A DNA stretch of 64,000 nucleotides from Nitrososphaeria archaeon (GCA_050011875.1 JBEKIG010000004.1:196028-260027), one strand, 5' to 3'. Shown: positions 1-9,690, counted from the stretch's first letter. A program made the numbers and translations. The notes: a model not told the origin generated them from the sequence alone.

Positions 1-1253
1 TGATATTTCTTAACACACTTTTTGTCTGGTTTGCCCTTGTCTACCTGCTCTTCCTTGTTCTAGCTCTAGCTATAGAGCAGCCTAAAAGCGTTCATATCCA
101 GAGAGTTGGAGGTGAGATAAAAGCTTATGTTAATGACGTAATTAAGTTGGAAGAACACGTCACCGTCGGAGAGGGCAGGGGTATAGTAACAGTTGCGGAT
201 AAGCTGCCAGAGCACTTTGAACTTGAATCAGATGAAGAAGATTATCATAAGAATTTTAGGGTGTTCTGGAAAGGCGAAGGGACCTTGTCTGAGGACATGT
301 CATATAATGTTAAGCTGACTAGGAGAGGAAATTACGATATAGGTCCTCCCATCTATGAATCTTTGCACACTGCGAACCTGAGACAGGTTGAAGTCGGATT
401 TGGAAGCGACCCTCTGAAACTTGTTGTGAGACATCGTCCTATAAATGTAAGAAAATTAAGAGATCCGAATGTGCTATCACAGATACCCATGCCGTTGGGA
501 GCGATGACCTTGTTCGGTGTTCGCACAAACGAATTCATAGAGCTAAGAGAATACAAGCACGGAGACCCCTATAGCAGAATAAACTGGAAGGCCACGGCGA
601 GGCTCAGTTGTCGAAGACCAAACTCAACTCCGCTGGTTAACGATTACGAAAGTGAAGGGAAGAAGACGGTTTGGTTCTTCTTAGATTCCTCCATGAACAT
701 GCGTATAGGCACCGAAATAGATAACGCGTTTGAATATGCCATAAAAGCTATATCAGGTCTTTCACAATTCTACCTGTCGAAGAACTGTAGAGTAGCTTTA
801 AACGTTTACAATTGCGGTAAGACTATTCTTCCAGACACGGGCCGAAGGCAGGAATACAAGATAGCAAGGGAACTCGAAAGAGTCGAAATAAACGAACTCC
901 ATGGAACCCTCAGGCAGGCAATCGAAGACAACAAATGGCATCTGGTAGGCCAAAACCCTCTTTTTATCGTCGTCACAATGGTGAGGAAAGAAAATTTAAG
1001 GGAACTTTTACAGGGCATAAAAAGTATGCGCCTCTATTCAACGGTCGGTCGAGCGCAGATCATCATCATACACGTGATGGGTTATGACATCGCGGCGAGG
1101 GGTTCTTTTGAAGAGGCTGGAGCCCGGATGCTTGATTTATCAAACCTTGCATTGTTAAGGTCATTGAGAAGGGCTGGAGCCTTTGTCGTGCCCTGGAACA
1201 CCAAGACCCAGATAATACTTAAGCCCATGTTAGCGAGGGCGAGAATTAGATGA
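1..1253 (+). CDS. DUF58-domain (vWA-like, MoxR-associated) protein, 5' end outside window
   Basis: EFIELREYKHGDPYSRINWKATAR and FFLDSS motifs. The frame is open back to base 3 and includes a TM segment. Confidence 0.9.
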   Translation, partial: IFLNTLFVWFALVYLLFLVLALAIEQPKSVHIQRVGGEIKAYVNDVIKLEEHVTVGEGRGIVTVADKLPEHFELESDEEDYHKNFRVFWKGEGTLSEDMSYNVKLTRRGNYDIGPPIYESLHTANLRQVEVGFGSDPLKLVVRHRPINVRKLRDPNVLSQIPMPLGAMTLFGVRTNEFIELREYKHGDPYSRINWKATARLSCRRPNSTPLVNDYESEGKKTVWFFLDSSMNMRIGTEIDNAFEYAIKAISGLSQFYLSKNCRVALNVYNCGKTILPDTGRRQEYKIARELERVEINELHGTLRQAIEDNKWHLVGQNPLFIVVTMVRKENLRELLQGIKSMRLYSTVGRAQIIIIHVMGYDIAARGSFEEAGARMLDLSNLALLRSLRRAGAFVVPWNTKTQIILKPMLARARIR

Positions 1254-1981
1254 AGTCATTGAGCACAAGTCGATATATATCGCTTCTAGAACTTATGGCT
1301 GCGATCACCCTTTTTAGTCTTTCTTTCTACATATTTGCTAGAAGCTTTGCGAGCACCGTGGTACTAAATGTTCTTACGTCGATTTCTCCTTTTCAGTGGT
1401 CTATAGACACGCTTTTTATCAGCCTAATTGTACTGATCATTTTAGGATTTGCGTACGACATAGAAAGTGGAGGATGGCCCTTAGCTGCAACAATATCATG
1501 GACCCTGCTTTTGTCCAGCCTTCTAGGATATTCAAACACGGATTTTCTGGGATTCTTCGGCATCCCTCTAAACCTTGCAATGTTTAAGCCTGATGTACCG
1601 GTTCCATTTGTCCTTGGAACAGGAATTCTGTTAGCTGCAGGGGACCTCTTTTTCTTCAACATGGATAGCTTGAAGTGGATCAGATCGAGGCTCAGCTTAA
1701 GGGGGGCACCGAGAAGGGACATCGACTTGGTGATTTGGAGGAATTTCGTATTTCTGTCCGGTATTGCCATCGCGAGCGCAGTCTTAACTTTCAGCGGTGG
1801 CATATCTTCTCTTCTTCTAGCTGACATATTTTCGGATCTAGCGTCTAAGTTTCATCTTATTTTTATAATCCTGCCGGTTGCAGCAAGCGCAATCATCTCA
1901 ATCACACTTTTACTTTATCTGAGGAAGACAGGTGAACCCGGTCAAAAAGAGGGTTTTTTAGGAGCCTCTGATGGAAGATGA
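1250..1981 (+). CDS. Multi-pass membrane protein of the DUF58 operon
   Basis: 243 aa with about 6 hydrophobic segments; ATGA overlaps with both neighbours. Confidence 0.8.
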   Translation: MKSLSTSRYISLLELMAAITLFSLSFYIFARSFASTVVLNVLTSISPFQWSIDTLFISLIVLIILGFAYDIESGGWPLAATISWTLLLSSLLGYSNTDFLGFFGIPLNLAMFKPDVPVPFVLGTGILLAAGDLFFFNMDSLKWIRSRLSLRGAPRRDIDLVIWRNFVFLSGIAIASAVLTFSGGISSLLLADIFSDLASKFHLIFIILPVAASAIISITLLLYLRKTGEPGQKEGFLGASDGR

Positions 1982-3507
1982 GAGCAGTTTCAAAGGGAAG
2001 CAACAGAAGGAGGGCCCGATTACTCGCCGTTTTAGTCATCCTAATATTATCGACAACTATGTTAGTCGCTGCCTTAAATCTTATGAACGGAAGTGTGCAG
2101 TTCGCAGGACCAGGAGCGCAGATAGGGAATGTTGTAGAAGTGGAGGTGTTTGTCAAGTACGTGAATGGTTCACTGAACCTGGTCCTACCTTTACAGGCCA
2201 ACTATACTGAGGCAAGTAACAACACACTTTTCCTCATTATCGGAAGCACCGGAACGAGCTACATGCGAAACTTTGTGGGAGAAACGTACTCTAATGGTCT
2301 ATGGTACGGCAATTATTCAAATGCCATAGGATACGGGGGGGAAAACTTGGACCTTGCGGCACCAGAGTACGCGGATTCTGGAACGGAGAAAAACATCATC
2401 ATAGAACCAGCTGCAGACCTTCAAGGTGTAATACCAACGATGAAGGACACCAGCCTCGTATCTGTGCTGCCGCAGTCTAAGCAGACAGACCTCTTATACT
2501 ACCAAGATCAGGAACTATTCTATTCGTCCAAAGCTATTGACAGCCCTTATAATTTGTCATACGCTATCTACAACTTGGATCCAAAAGTTTTGAATAACGC
2601 AACCGTAGAGGAGAATACAAAATATCTCTCGGTTCCAGATTCACTGGCTAACGACCTAAAAAATTTGGCCGAAAATATCACAGAGAACGCGGCGTCTCCA
2701 TACGAAAAGGCTAAAGAATTGGAGTCTTACCTGCAAAACAACTACGTCTACAGCCAGAATTTTACAGCAGCACCAAACGGTACGGACCCGATTGAATGGT
2801 TTCTATTCCACGATAGGAGAGGGGTCTGCACACAGTTCAATACAGCCTTCGTTTTAATGGCCAGGACCCTGGGGCTACCAGCTAGGCTAGTAGGGGGTTA
2901 CGCGATAAACAGCACAGAGGAAGATCAAGAAGTTACTCAGCAAGAAGCTCATGCCTATTCAGAGATTTTATTTAACGGCTTCGGATGGGTGACCTTTGAC
3001 GCGACAGCCCCAGTTGTAAATAAAGTCGAACGCGTCAATAACGTTATAGAACATCGCTACAACCAGAGCGATATACCAGGCTATATCACAACATACACGA
3101 CAATTCGCTCCACCCCCAAAATTGGGGTTAATGGCGACAATTTCACTGTCACGGGAACAGTCACCAGCAGAATTCGCCAGCCTATCAGCGGCCTTATAGT
3201 TCAAATCACGCTCTCGCAGAGTAGAACAATCTCTACTGTCTACTATTCTACAACTTATTCCACTGGACACGTCTTCAGTTTATACAGAAGTGAGTTAATT
3301 CAACAAAGCGCATTTGTAGGTGATGGATTAGTCAATAACGGGTTCTTCAACATCACATGCACGATTCCAAGCAACTTTACAGCCGGTGACTACAACGTAA
3401 CCGCAAGAACCCTTGGAAACGGCGTCTATAACGGTTCATCAAGCGACCCTATTATAACTGTCATGACTGGAACTAAAATAGACCTGATTACACCACAAGA
3501 AGTCTGA
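1978..3507 (+). CDS. Transglutaminase-like (TgpA-type) secreted/membrane protein, N-terminal part
   Basis: GVCTQFNTAFVLMARTLGLPARLVGGY, HAYSE and GWVTFDAT motifs (Cys-His-Asp triad); N-terminal TM. Confidence 0.9.
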   Translation: MRAVSKGSNRRRARLLAVLVILILSTTMLVAALNLMNGSVQFAGPGAQIGNVVEVEVFVKYVNGSLNLVLPLQANYTEASNNTLFLIIGSTGTSYMRNFVGETYSNGLWYGNYSNAIGYGGENLDLAAPEYADSGTEKNIIIEPAADLQGVIPTMKDTSLVSVLPQSKQTDLLYYQDQELFYSSKAIDSPYNLSYAIYNLDPKVLNNATVEENTKYLSVPDSLANDLKNLAENITENAASPYEKAKELESYLQNNYVYSQNFTAAPNGTDPIEWFLFHDRRGVCTQFNTAFVLMARTLGLPARLVGGYAINSTEEDQEVTQQEAHAYSEILFNGFGWVTFDATAPVVNKVERVNNVIEHRYNQSDIPGYITTYTTIRSTPKIGVNGDNFTVTGTVTSRIRQPISGLIVQITLSQSRTISTVYYSTTYSTGHVFSLYRSELIQQSAFVGDGLVNNGFFNITCTIPSNFTAGDYNVTARTLGNGVYNGSSSDPIITVMTGTKIDLITPQEV

Positions 3508-3523
3508 AAAACCAATCTCTAAC

Positions 3524-4984
3524 ATGACGGTAACTCTGGACGTTGATTCGCTTCCAAGAACGTTGATCACGGACAAAAATGGCTCCTTCTCTACACCCAT
3601 TACACTATCAGTATATGGGGTTCATAATGTGACAGCCAGTTTCTCAGGATTACAATATTATCTTGCAAGCCTAAGCGAAAGGCAGGTCAAAGTCCCTGAA
3701 CTCTCCATAATACCTCTGTCTGACAACATAATTCGAGGTGAAAACAATTCTCTTGCAGCGATAGTCTTGGCCGAAGACCTTCCGGTAGAAAAGGAGGATG
3801 TCCTCATCAGCATGAACGGTACAACAATATCTTCCGCCACAACCGATGTAAACGGCTACATGTTCTTATCCTACAATGCTTCTCCTAACCTCATGATAGG
3901 AAACGTTACCCTCGACTACAAGCTTAAGGACTTTGAAAACGAAGAGAACCAGACCGTCAAAGTGATGACTAAGACATTTATTTCAGTAGAAACGACAAAC
4001 TTTTTGGGGAAACAGATTGACATCACTCCGAAGCTAGTTGACAACTTGGGGACTCCTATCGTAGGACAAGACCTATCCGCTAGCTCGAATATAACAACTG
4101 CTTCTTCTCTTGGAATAACCGACGGCGGAGGAATAGCATCTCTAAAATTAGAAGTACCTAATTCGTCTATGTCTAATAATATTACCTGCAGCATCAGGTT
4201 CAATGGCAGCGAATACCTTCTGCCATCAGAACTCACCCTAATCCTGACCCCTCCGCAAGAGTCATCAGCTGTAGCAAACGCTATATTGGCGGTTGCAATC
4301 CTAGCCATAGTTGGCTTATCTATTGCCATGTTCTTGATCAATGGTCGTCTGAAGAGGCAGAAGGCTATTACCGCACAGACAATTGGATACCAAGAACCAG
4401 ATGAAGGCAGCCGGAGACTGGCTGCTTTTCTTTTTTTATTTTTTATTTCTTTTCCCCAGATACGGGAACAATTTGCGTTAGTTTGGGGAGAACGTGAACC
4501 ACTGGAGGTTCAGGTGAAGATTAACACGACACAACACAAAGAGGCGTACATGATCGTGGATGACGAGAGGGTGGGAAAGCCCGAACTTAGGGTAGGTGAA
4601 GAATTAATGAAGTTCACCCTAGAAAAGGGGACTCACACATTTGCAATAGTGGAAAAAGGCAACAAGATCGCCGAAGTTAAGATCAGGATAGTGAACTACA
4701 GGGAAGAAGTGGTTCAGCTCTACAGAGAATACTTTTTATCGCTTAAGAAAAGGGACCCCAGAATCGTTGAAGAGACAACGCCGAGAGAGTTTGAATCGAT
4801 AGTTAAAAAGGGCGTGCCATCTAACAAGCATCATTCATTGGAATCGGTGGTCTCCCTGTTCGAAGTGGCTAACTATAGCCTCCATACGATAGCGAGAAGA
4901 CAGTATGAGGAAATGTATGTCAACCTTCTTGAGCTGGAACGAAATGAATCTGGTCGAGGAAAAAATTATGCAAGAGAAGATTAG
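3524..4984 (+). CDS. Ig-like repeats + TM + DUF4129-like C-terminus; probable frameshifted continuation of the transglutaminase gene
   Basis: TPREF...LFEVANYS motif. No signal peptide. The frame is open from about 3503 (SEKPISNMTVT). Confidence 0.75.
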   Translation: MTVTLDVDSLPRTLITDKNGSFSTPITLSVYGVHNVTASFSGLQYYLASLSERQVKVPELSIIPLSDNIIRGENNSLAAIVLAEDLPVEKEDVLISMNGTTISSATTDVNGYMFLSYNASPNLMIGNVTLDYKLKDFENEENQTVKVMTKTFISVETTNFLGKQIDITPKLVDNLGTPIVGQDLSASSNITTASSLGITDGGGIASLKLEVPNSSMSNNITCSIRFNGSEYLLPSELTLILTPPQESSAVANAILAVAILAIVGLSIAMFLINGRLKRQKAITAQTIGYQEPDEGSRRLAAFLFLFFISFPQIREQFALVWGEREPLEVQVKINTTQHKEAYMIVDDERVGKPELRVGEELMKFTLEKGTHTFAIVEKGNKIAEVKIRIVNYREEVVQLYREYFLSLKKRDPRIVEETTPREFESIVKKGVPSNKHHSLESVVSLFEVANYSLHTIARRQYEEMYVNLLELERNESGRGKNYARED

Positions 4985-6320
4985 GGAAAATCTAGAATTT
5001 GGACAGGGAAGCGGCCAGGCATCAAAGGAGGCTGTAGGCACTAAGAGAAATTCTAAATCGGTTATTAAAACGACTATCTTAGTATTTGCAACACTTGTCG
5101 TACTGAGTCTGCTTTTTTTCTACGTCGGTTCGAACTTGAGTCAAATTTTTTGGGGCAAATTTTTCATGTACTTATATTATCCGATATCAGGCATTATCAT
5201 TGTCGTTTATACAATAGAAATGTTTGGTCAGTTCTTTGAAGGCGATTTTGTTAAGGCCATATCCAACCATATAGAAGTCCCGGTTATGGTGGTCACCTTT
5301 ACGCTTACCCTGTTCAACCCCCAGATCGTGTTCCCCGACTCCTACAAGACTGCAGGGTATTTGATCATCGGCACAGTATTGGTTTGGGCCACCCACAGCA
5401 TAATAAAAACTTATTCGAAGATCGCGAGCACCTTCACGTTCGCAGCTCTACTCACAATCACCGGATATATGATAAAGACAATAATAGAATCCTATATGGG
5501 TTTAAATCTGGATCTACCTTTTTCACCCGGCAACATAGTTTTCTACTGCTTTCTAGCAACTGCTGCTCTATCATTGTTATCCTTCTTCAAATACTCCAGT
5601 AAAGACTACCTTTACTATATCGGAAACAAGCTGAGCAGCTACACCGTATTATTTGGCATAGGGGTTGTTGCATTCTTTGTTCAGGTATACCTGCTGTACA
5701 TCAGGCCTTCCTTTCCAGCATCGATTTCTCCGTATCTTTTAGTCGCCGAATGGACCGCTGTCTGCTGCATTTCATTCGCGGTCTTCAAGAGTGTGAGAGA
5801 CCATCTCTTGAGTGTCTCACAGACCTTGAAGTTTGGCGAATGGAGTGTGCTAACACAGAAGATAACCAACAAGAAGGAGGAACTAAACATTATGTCGGAC
5901 TTCATTGATGACGGAAAAAAGGAACGCCTGTTAATGCTAATCTCCCATATCCTTCTTTCCAACGACATCCCATATAAGATCGGTGAAGAAGCAATAGGAG
6001 AGCTTGTGCAATACCGCGACCCTGAACCTCCAAAGATCGTATCAAAGCGTATGGCTGGAGAAATGAGAGAAGAGAATAGAAGAAACAGGCAGAGGATACT
6101 GGAGAAGACGCTCAAAACCGTGGAAGATGTCATCAACAAAAACTATCTTTCGAATAACGATAGGCAATTCATAGAACCGGGTGAACTTCCGGATAGTTCC
6201 AATGTATTGAAAAGATGCAGCCAGTGTGGAAAGGAATATCCAGTAAGGTTTGGAGAGTGCCCATTTTGTTATGTAAGAAAGGCTTCCCCAAGAGTATATC
6301 TTCCTGAAGAATATATCTGA
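4968..6320 (+). CDS. Multi-pass membrane protein with C-terminal zinc ribbon
   Basis: About 8 TM segments and CSQC...CPFC. Start chosen at ATG 4968 to minimise overlap. Confidence 0.75.
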   Translation: MQEKIRENLEFGQGSGQASKEAVGTKRNSKSVIKTTILVFATLVVLSLLFFYVGSNLSQIFWGKFFMYLYYPISGIIIVVYTIEMFGQFFEGDFVKAISNHIEVPVMVVTFTLTLFNPQIVFPDSYKTAGYLIIGTVLVWATHSIIKTYSKIASTFTFAALLTITGYMIKTIIESYMGLNLDLPFSPGNIVFYCFLATAALSLLSFFKYSSKDYLYYIGNKLSSYTVLFGIGVVAFFVQVYLLYIRPSFPASISPYLLVAEWTAVCCISFAVFKSVRDHLLSVSQTLKFGEWSVLTQKITNKKEELNIMSDFIDDGKKERLLMLISHILLSNDIPYKIGEEAIGELVQYRDPEPPKIVSKRMAGEMREENRRNRQRILEKTLKTVEDVINKNYLSNNDRQFIEPGELPDSSNVLKRCSQCGKEYPVRFGECPFCYVRKASPRVYLPEEYI

Positions 6321-6408
6321 ATGTGCGGTTTTTAATTCTCGGATATTAACCTATCAGAAACAATAACTATATTTGAATGAAACATATAAGAATTGATTTA
6401 ACGTATAC

Positions 6409-7335
6409 ATGGGGATGAATGCTAGACCTATCAGTACGTATTCGATAATTGCGATAAGTAAAAAAGAAAATTTAATGGGCGTAGCGGTGCAATCGCACTG
6501 TTTCTCCGTTGGTTCGGTCGTTCCCTGGGCTGAATCAGGTGTAGGAGTCGTTGCAACCCAGTCGAGGACTGAACCTAGTTACGGCCCCTTAGGCCTGTTT
6601 CTTATGAAAGCTGGCATTAGAGCAGGAAAAACGCTTGAGGCGCTTTTAACAACCGATCCTAAAGAAGACGTTAGGCAGGTTGCTATGCTGGATACAATTG
6701 ACGGAATAGCGGCGCACACAGGCACCCAATGTATTCCTGAGTCAGGACATCTAATAGGGGATGACTTTAGTGTTCAGGCTAACCTAATGAAGAGCAAGGA
6801 AGTTTGGCCTGCTATGGCTTCCGCTTTTAGAAGGAGTGGAGGAACTTTCATGAGACGGCTGATGTCCGCTTTAGATGCCGCTGAAGACGTTGGAGGCGAC
6901 ATTAGAGGAAGACAGTCCGCTGCGATGCTTGTCGTAAAATGTCGGTCAACAGGCATACCTTGGGAAGATAAGGTCATCGACCTAAGAGTAGAGGACCATC
7001 CTGAGCCGCTTAAGGAACTCCACAGATTGATAACAATCAGCGAAGCCTACGAGATTAACAGCATTGGAGACGACTTGATCGCACAGGGAAAGGTCAAAAA
7101 GGCAATCAAAGAGTACAGGTTGGCAAACAGGAAAGCGCCAGAGATATTGGAGCTTAAGTTTTGGCAGGTGGTATCATTGCTCAATAGCGGCAACTTCGAA
7201 ACCGCAAGGGAAATCCTCAAAGATGTTCTGGCCGCCGACAGAAGATGGAAGAAGATTCTGTTATCTCTTCCCCGACCAGCTATACTATCTGTGGATGAGG
7301 AAACCCTGTATAAAATTGTAAACGAACCTAGATAG
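6409..7335 (+). CDS. DUF1028 family Ntn-hydrolase-like protein with TPR-like tail
   Basis: TYSIIA, GVAVQSH, GVVATQS, GGDIRGRQSAA and DLRVEDHPEP motifs. Confidence 0.9.
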   Translation: MGMNARPISTYSIIAISKKENLMGVAVQSHCFSVGSVVPWAESGVGVVATQSRTEPSYGPLGLFLMKAGIRAGKTLEALLTTDPKEDVRQVAMLDTIDGIAAHTGTQCIPESGHLIGDDFSVQANLMKSKEVWPAMASAFRRSGGTFMRRLMSALDAAEDVGGDIRGRQSAAMLVVKCRSTGIPWEDKVIDLRVEDHPEPLKELHRLITISEAYEINSIGDDLIAQGKVKKAIKEYRLANRKAPEILELKFWQVVSLLNSGNFETAREILKDVLAADRRWKKILLSLPRPAILSVDEETLYKIVNEPR

Positions 7336-7870
7336 GATATCGCTGAAATAAACGAACAAAGAATTATGTATTTGCGGCCAACGAACCGTGAACCTCAGAC
7401 AATGTTGGCACCAAACGTCTTTTGTCTGGTATAGTTGACGATGAGCTTCCGGAAGGAAGCTGTACCAAGGTGACCTGGGATAGTTATTAAGGTAAAAGAA
7501 CGTACAAGTACCTAGTGCAAGATCGTCCTTGATAAGCACTCCAACTAGGATATTATACGGAATAATCCTTAAAAGTAAAGAAGATGTAGATAAAAAAACT
7601 GATAATATGGCTCAAGGTCTCCTACGAAGCTTCTTAATCATAAAGAAAGAAAGGAACTGGAAACGGCGTCTATGCTTCATCAGCAGTTAAGGAGATCTTC
7701 AGGGCTTTCATACAGGTCACAAAGTATTCATATCTCCCGTTTGGGCTTCGAGTTCCCTCTCCTTACTAAATTCATCTCCCAACTCATTTAGCCAAAATCT
7801 CGGCTGCGATTTTTCCTAAGTCAGATGTACCCCGATAAGGGCACATTACGCAAGGTCATAGAGCAGATGT

Positions 7871-8014
7871 ATGAGGTATTTTAAAAAGAATGATGATTTC
7901 ATCACATTATTCATCTGGATTATCGGAGTTGGTTCCGTAGTCGTACTTATCTGTGCGATAGCGTACTTCCTGTTATCGGTACGGGGCAAAAGGAGCTATT
8001 TCCTGAATTGGTAA
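7871..8014 (+). CDS. 47-aa single-TM small protein
   Basis: Manual translation: MRYFKKNDDFITLFIWIIGVGSVVVLICAIAYFLLSVRGKRSYFLNW*. Confidence 0.45.
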   Translation: MRYFKKNDDFITLFIWIIGVGSVVVLICAIAYFLLSVRGKRSYFLNW

Positions 8015-8148
8015 ACGGTCTTTTAGGTCGTTTCAAGTCCAAATTTACCTAAAAAAAATAGTGCAAAAACATACGATTTTTTTACCATGAAACGAGTCTG
8101 GCACGACGTCGCCGTGCCATTTACTAATGTGGTAAACGTAAGGGACAC

Positions 8149-8182
8149 ATAACCAGTTTGGTTATATAACCAGTTTGGTTAT
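8149..8182. repeat. Two tandem copies of the 17-bp palindrome ATAACCAGTTTGGTTAT
   Basis: Exact copies at 8149-8165 and 8166-8182, with arms ATAACCA/TGGTTAT. Confidence 0.95.
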
Positions 8183-8185
8183 ATC

Positions 8186-8386
8186 CTAAATATTGCCCTT
8201 TCGATATAAATCTTGTTTTAGATTCTTCAGCTCGTTCAAAGTAGTTAGAATGTTCTTTTGTATGGCATCCTGGTTCCCACACACCTGCTTGAACTGAGCC
8301 TTCTGATCAGCAAATAGAGCGTTCACTGTCTTGTTCTGCTCACTTATTGAAGCCAGAATCAGAAGCTCCAGCTCCCTATCGGACAA
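8186..8386 (-). CDS. 66-aa helical hypothetical protein
   Basis: ORF track; amphipathic/coiled-coil composition; TTG start. Confidence 0.5.
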   Translation of the reverse strand: MSDRELELLILASISEQNKTVNALFADQKAQFKQVCGNQDAIQKNILTTLNELKNLKQDLYRKGNI

Positions 8387-8407
8387 CTTTCCAAAAATTA
8401 AAACTGA

Positions 8408-8610
8408 TTGAGCAAAAAAATAATTTTAAATTTGGTTTGGCTCAACACGTTTTAAAACAAAATGCTAACGATAACTATTTCCCGTTGGCTCAACTTAAAT
8501 GCGTTCTGCATGAGAGCGATATGATGCACGATATTGCACAGGGACATCAGAACAGGGCCAGATGCAGAATGTTTATCGATAGCATTTCCGATTTTTTCTG
8601 TTTGAGCCGG
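8408..8610. repeat. ~204-nt structured repeat, copy A
   Basis: Aligns with 8941-9145. Shared blocks are TGCATGAGAGCGATATGATG and TAGCATTTCCGATTTTTTCTGTYTGAGCCGGA. Confidence 0.9.
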
Positions 8611-8650
8611 AATTAGCCCAGTATTATCTAATGATATTATATAATGATAT

Positions 8651-8675
8651 TTTATAATCCAATTTGGGTTATAAA
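8651..8675. repeat. Palindrome TTTATAATCCAATTTGGGTTATAAA
   Basis: 12-bp arms with one mismatch; core related to the 8149 and 9199 palindromes. Confidence 0.8.
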
Positions 8676-8689
8676 CATTAACCATTAAT

Positions 8690-8862
8690 GGTAATTTTGT
8701 TTTAAAGCGAACATTAAACGTTTTTTCATCCGGCCCCGTTGCAAACATTAACTATTTTAGGATAGTTTCTTCTTCTCGAACGTGTATCCCCTCATCTTCT
8801 ATTTCTTTATAGTCTCTTGACGCCAGCAGAACCCAGATATCTTCCATTGATTTCTCCTCCAT
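8690..8862 (-). pseudogene. Small ORF with in-frame TAG (MEEKSMEDIWVLLASRDYKEIEDEGIHVREEETILK*LMFATGPDEKTF...); 3' end uncertain
   Basis: Manual translation from ATG 8862. TAG at 8754-8752 is in frame with track ORF 8452..8748. Confidence 0.4.
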
Positions 8863-8940
8863 ATTTTATTATAATGGGATCCATAAAAGTGATAAAAGCA
8901 GGTCTTATGTCATCTGGTACATTTATCAATTTAAATTAAT

Positions 8941-9145
8941 TTGAGCCAAAGAACAATTTGCAATATTATGTTCGGCTCAAATCATTTTTAACAAAATTGC
9001 TAACGTTAACTTTTTCCTGTTAGCTCAACTTAATATCATCTTGCATGAGAGCGATATGATGTTCAATTGAGCTCTGAGGGATCATACCGAGCTAACAAGT
9101 AGAATATTTGGAGTTAGCATTTCCGATTTTTTCTGTCTGAGCCGG
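8941..9145. repeat. ~204-nt structured repeat, copy B
   Basis: Paralog of 8408-8610 at an offset of 533-535 bp. Confidence 0.9.
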
Positions 9146-9198
9146 ATTTAAAAATCTTAAAACGCACTGGCTCAATGCGTTTTTTTGTTCAGCTATTT

Positions 9199-9219
9199 AC
9201 TTAACCAATTTGGTAAAGT
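9199..9219. repeat. Palindrome ACTTAACCAATTTGGTAAAGT
   Basis: 10-bp arms with one mismatch; TAACCA-RTT-TGGT core. Confidence 0.8.
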
Positions 9220-9291
9220 TTCTTGGATGTTAGGTTGACTAAGTTCCCATATCATTGAAAAGTTTTAATGTAATTTTTGTGATTATTTTTA

Positions 9292-9690
9292 TTATTGTTT
9301 CAACTTCTCTATCACAGACTCAATCGTCTCTACGACTGTTGTTTCATTCCTCAAACCGAGTATAACAATCTTACCTGATGCATAAAGAAGGGTTGTAATA
9401 TTCTTATTAAGTTTAAAAATGGCACCTGGAAACTGTTCTGGTTCATAGATTACATTATCCAGCCTATTCGCTACTTTTTCAATGTCAATCATGCTCCCAA
9501 TATCTGCTAACACAACGATGTTTCTGACTTTAAAATTTGAAGGAATAACAATACTATTAATCACTCTATGGACCTTTAATATTTGAATACATCGATCCAA
9601 GTCATCCGAAGATTCAATAACACTTTTTGAACCAAAGAATTAATGAAAAAAGAATTAGAATACGACCCTTGGAGCAACTGATTTAACGTT
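9292..9690 (-). pseudogene. tbp: TATA-binding protein paralog, intact second repeat and decayed first repeat
   Basis: NIVVLAD...YEPEQFPGAIFK...LLYASGKIVILG. Upstream FGSKSVIESSDDL is in frame, preceded by a stop and a frameshifted KGRILI. Confidence 0.85.

Noticed and set aside
7430-7439. TATAGTTGAC, an inverted match to the island 2 end motif, near the left of island 1
   Set aside because: A single 10-mer in the opposite orientation, plausible by chance and not tied to a demonstrable junction.
8347-8616. Track ORF 8347..8616 and the 3' part of ORF 8452..8748
   Set aside because: They run through repeat A, and no equivalent ORF is listed over repeat B. Likely spurious.
8149-9219. CRISPR array
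   Set aside because: The repeats are adjacent or about 500 bp apart, with no 30-45-nt spacers and no cas genes.
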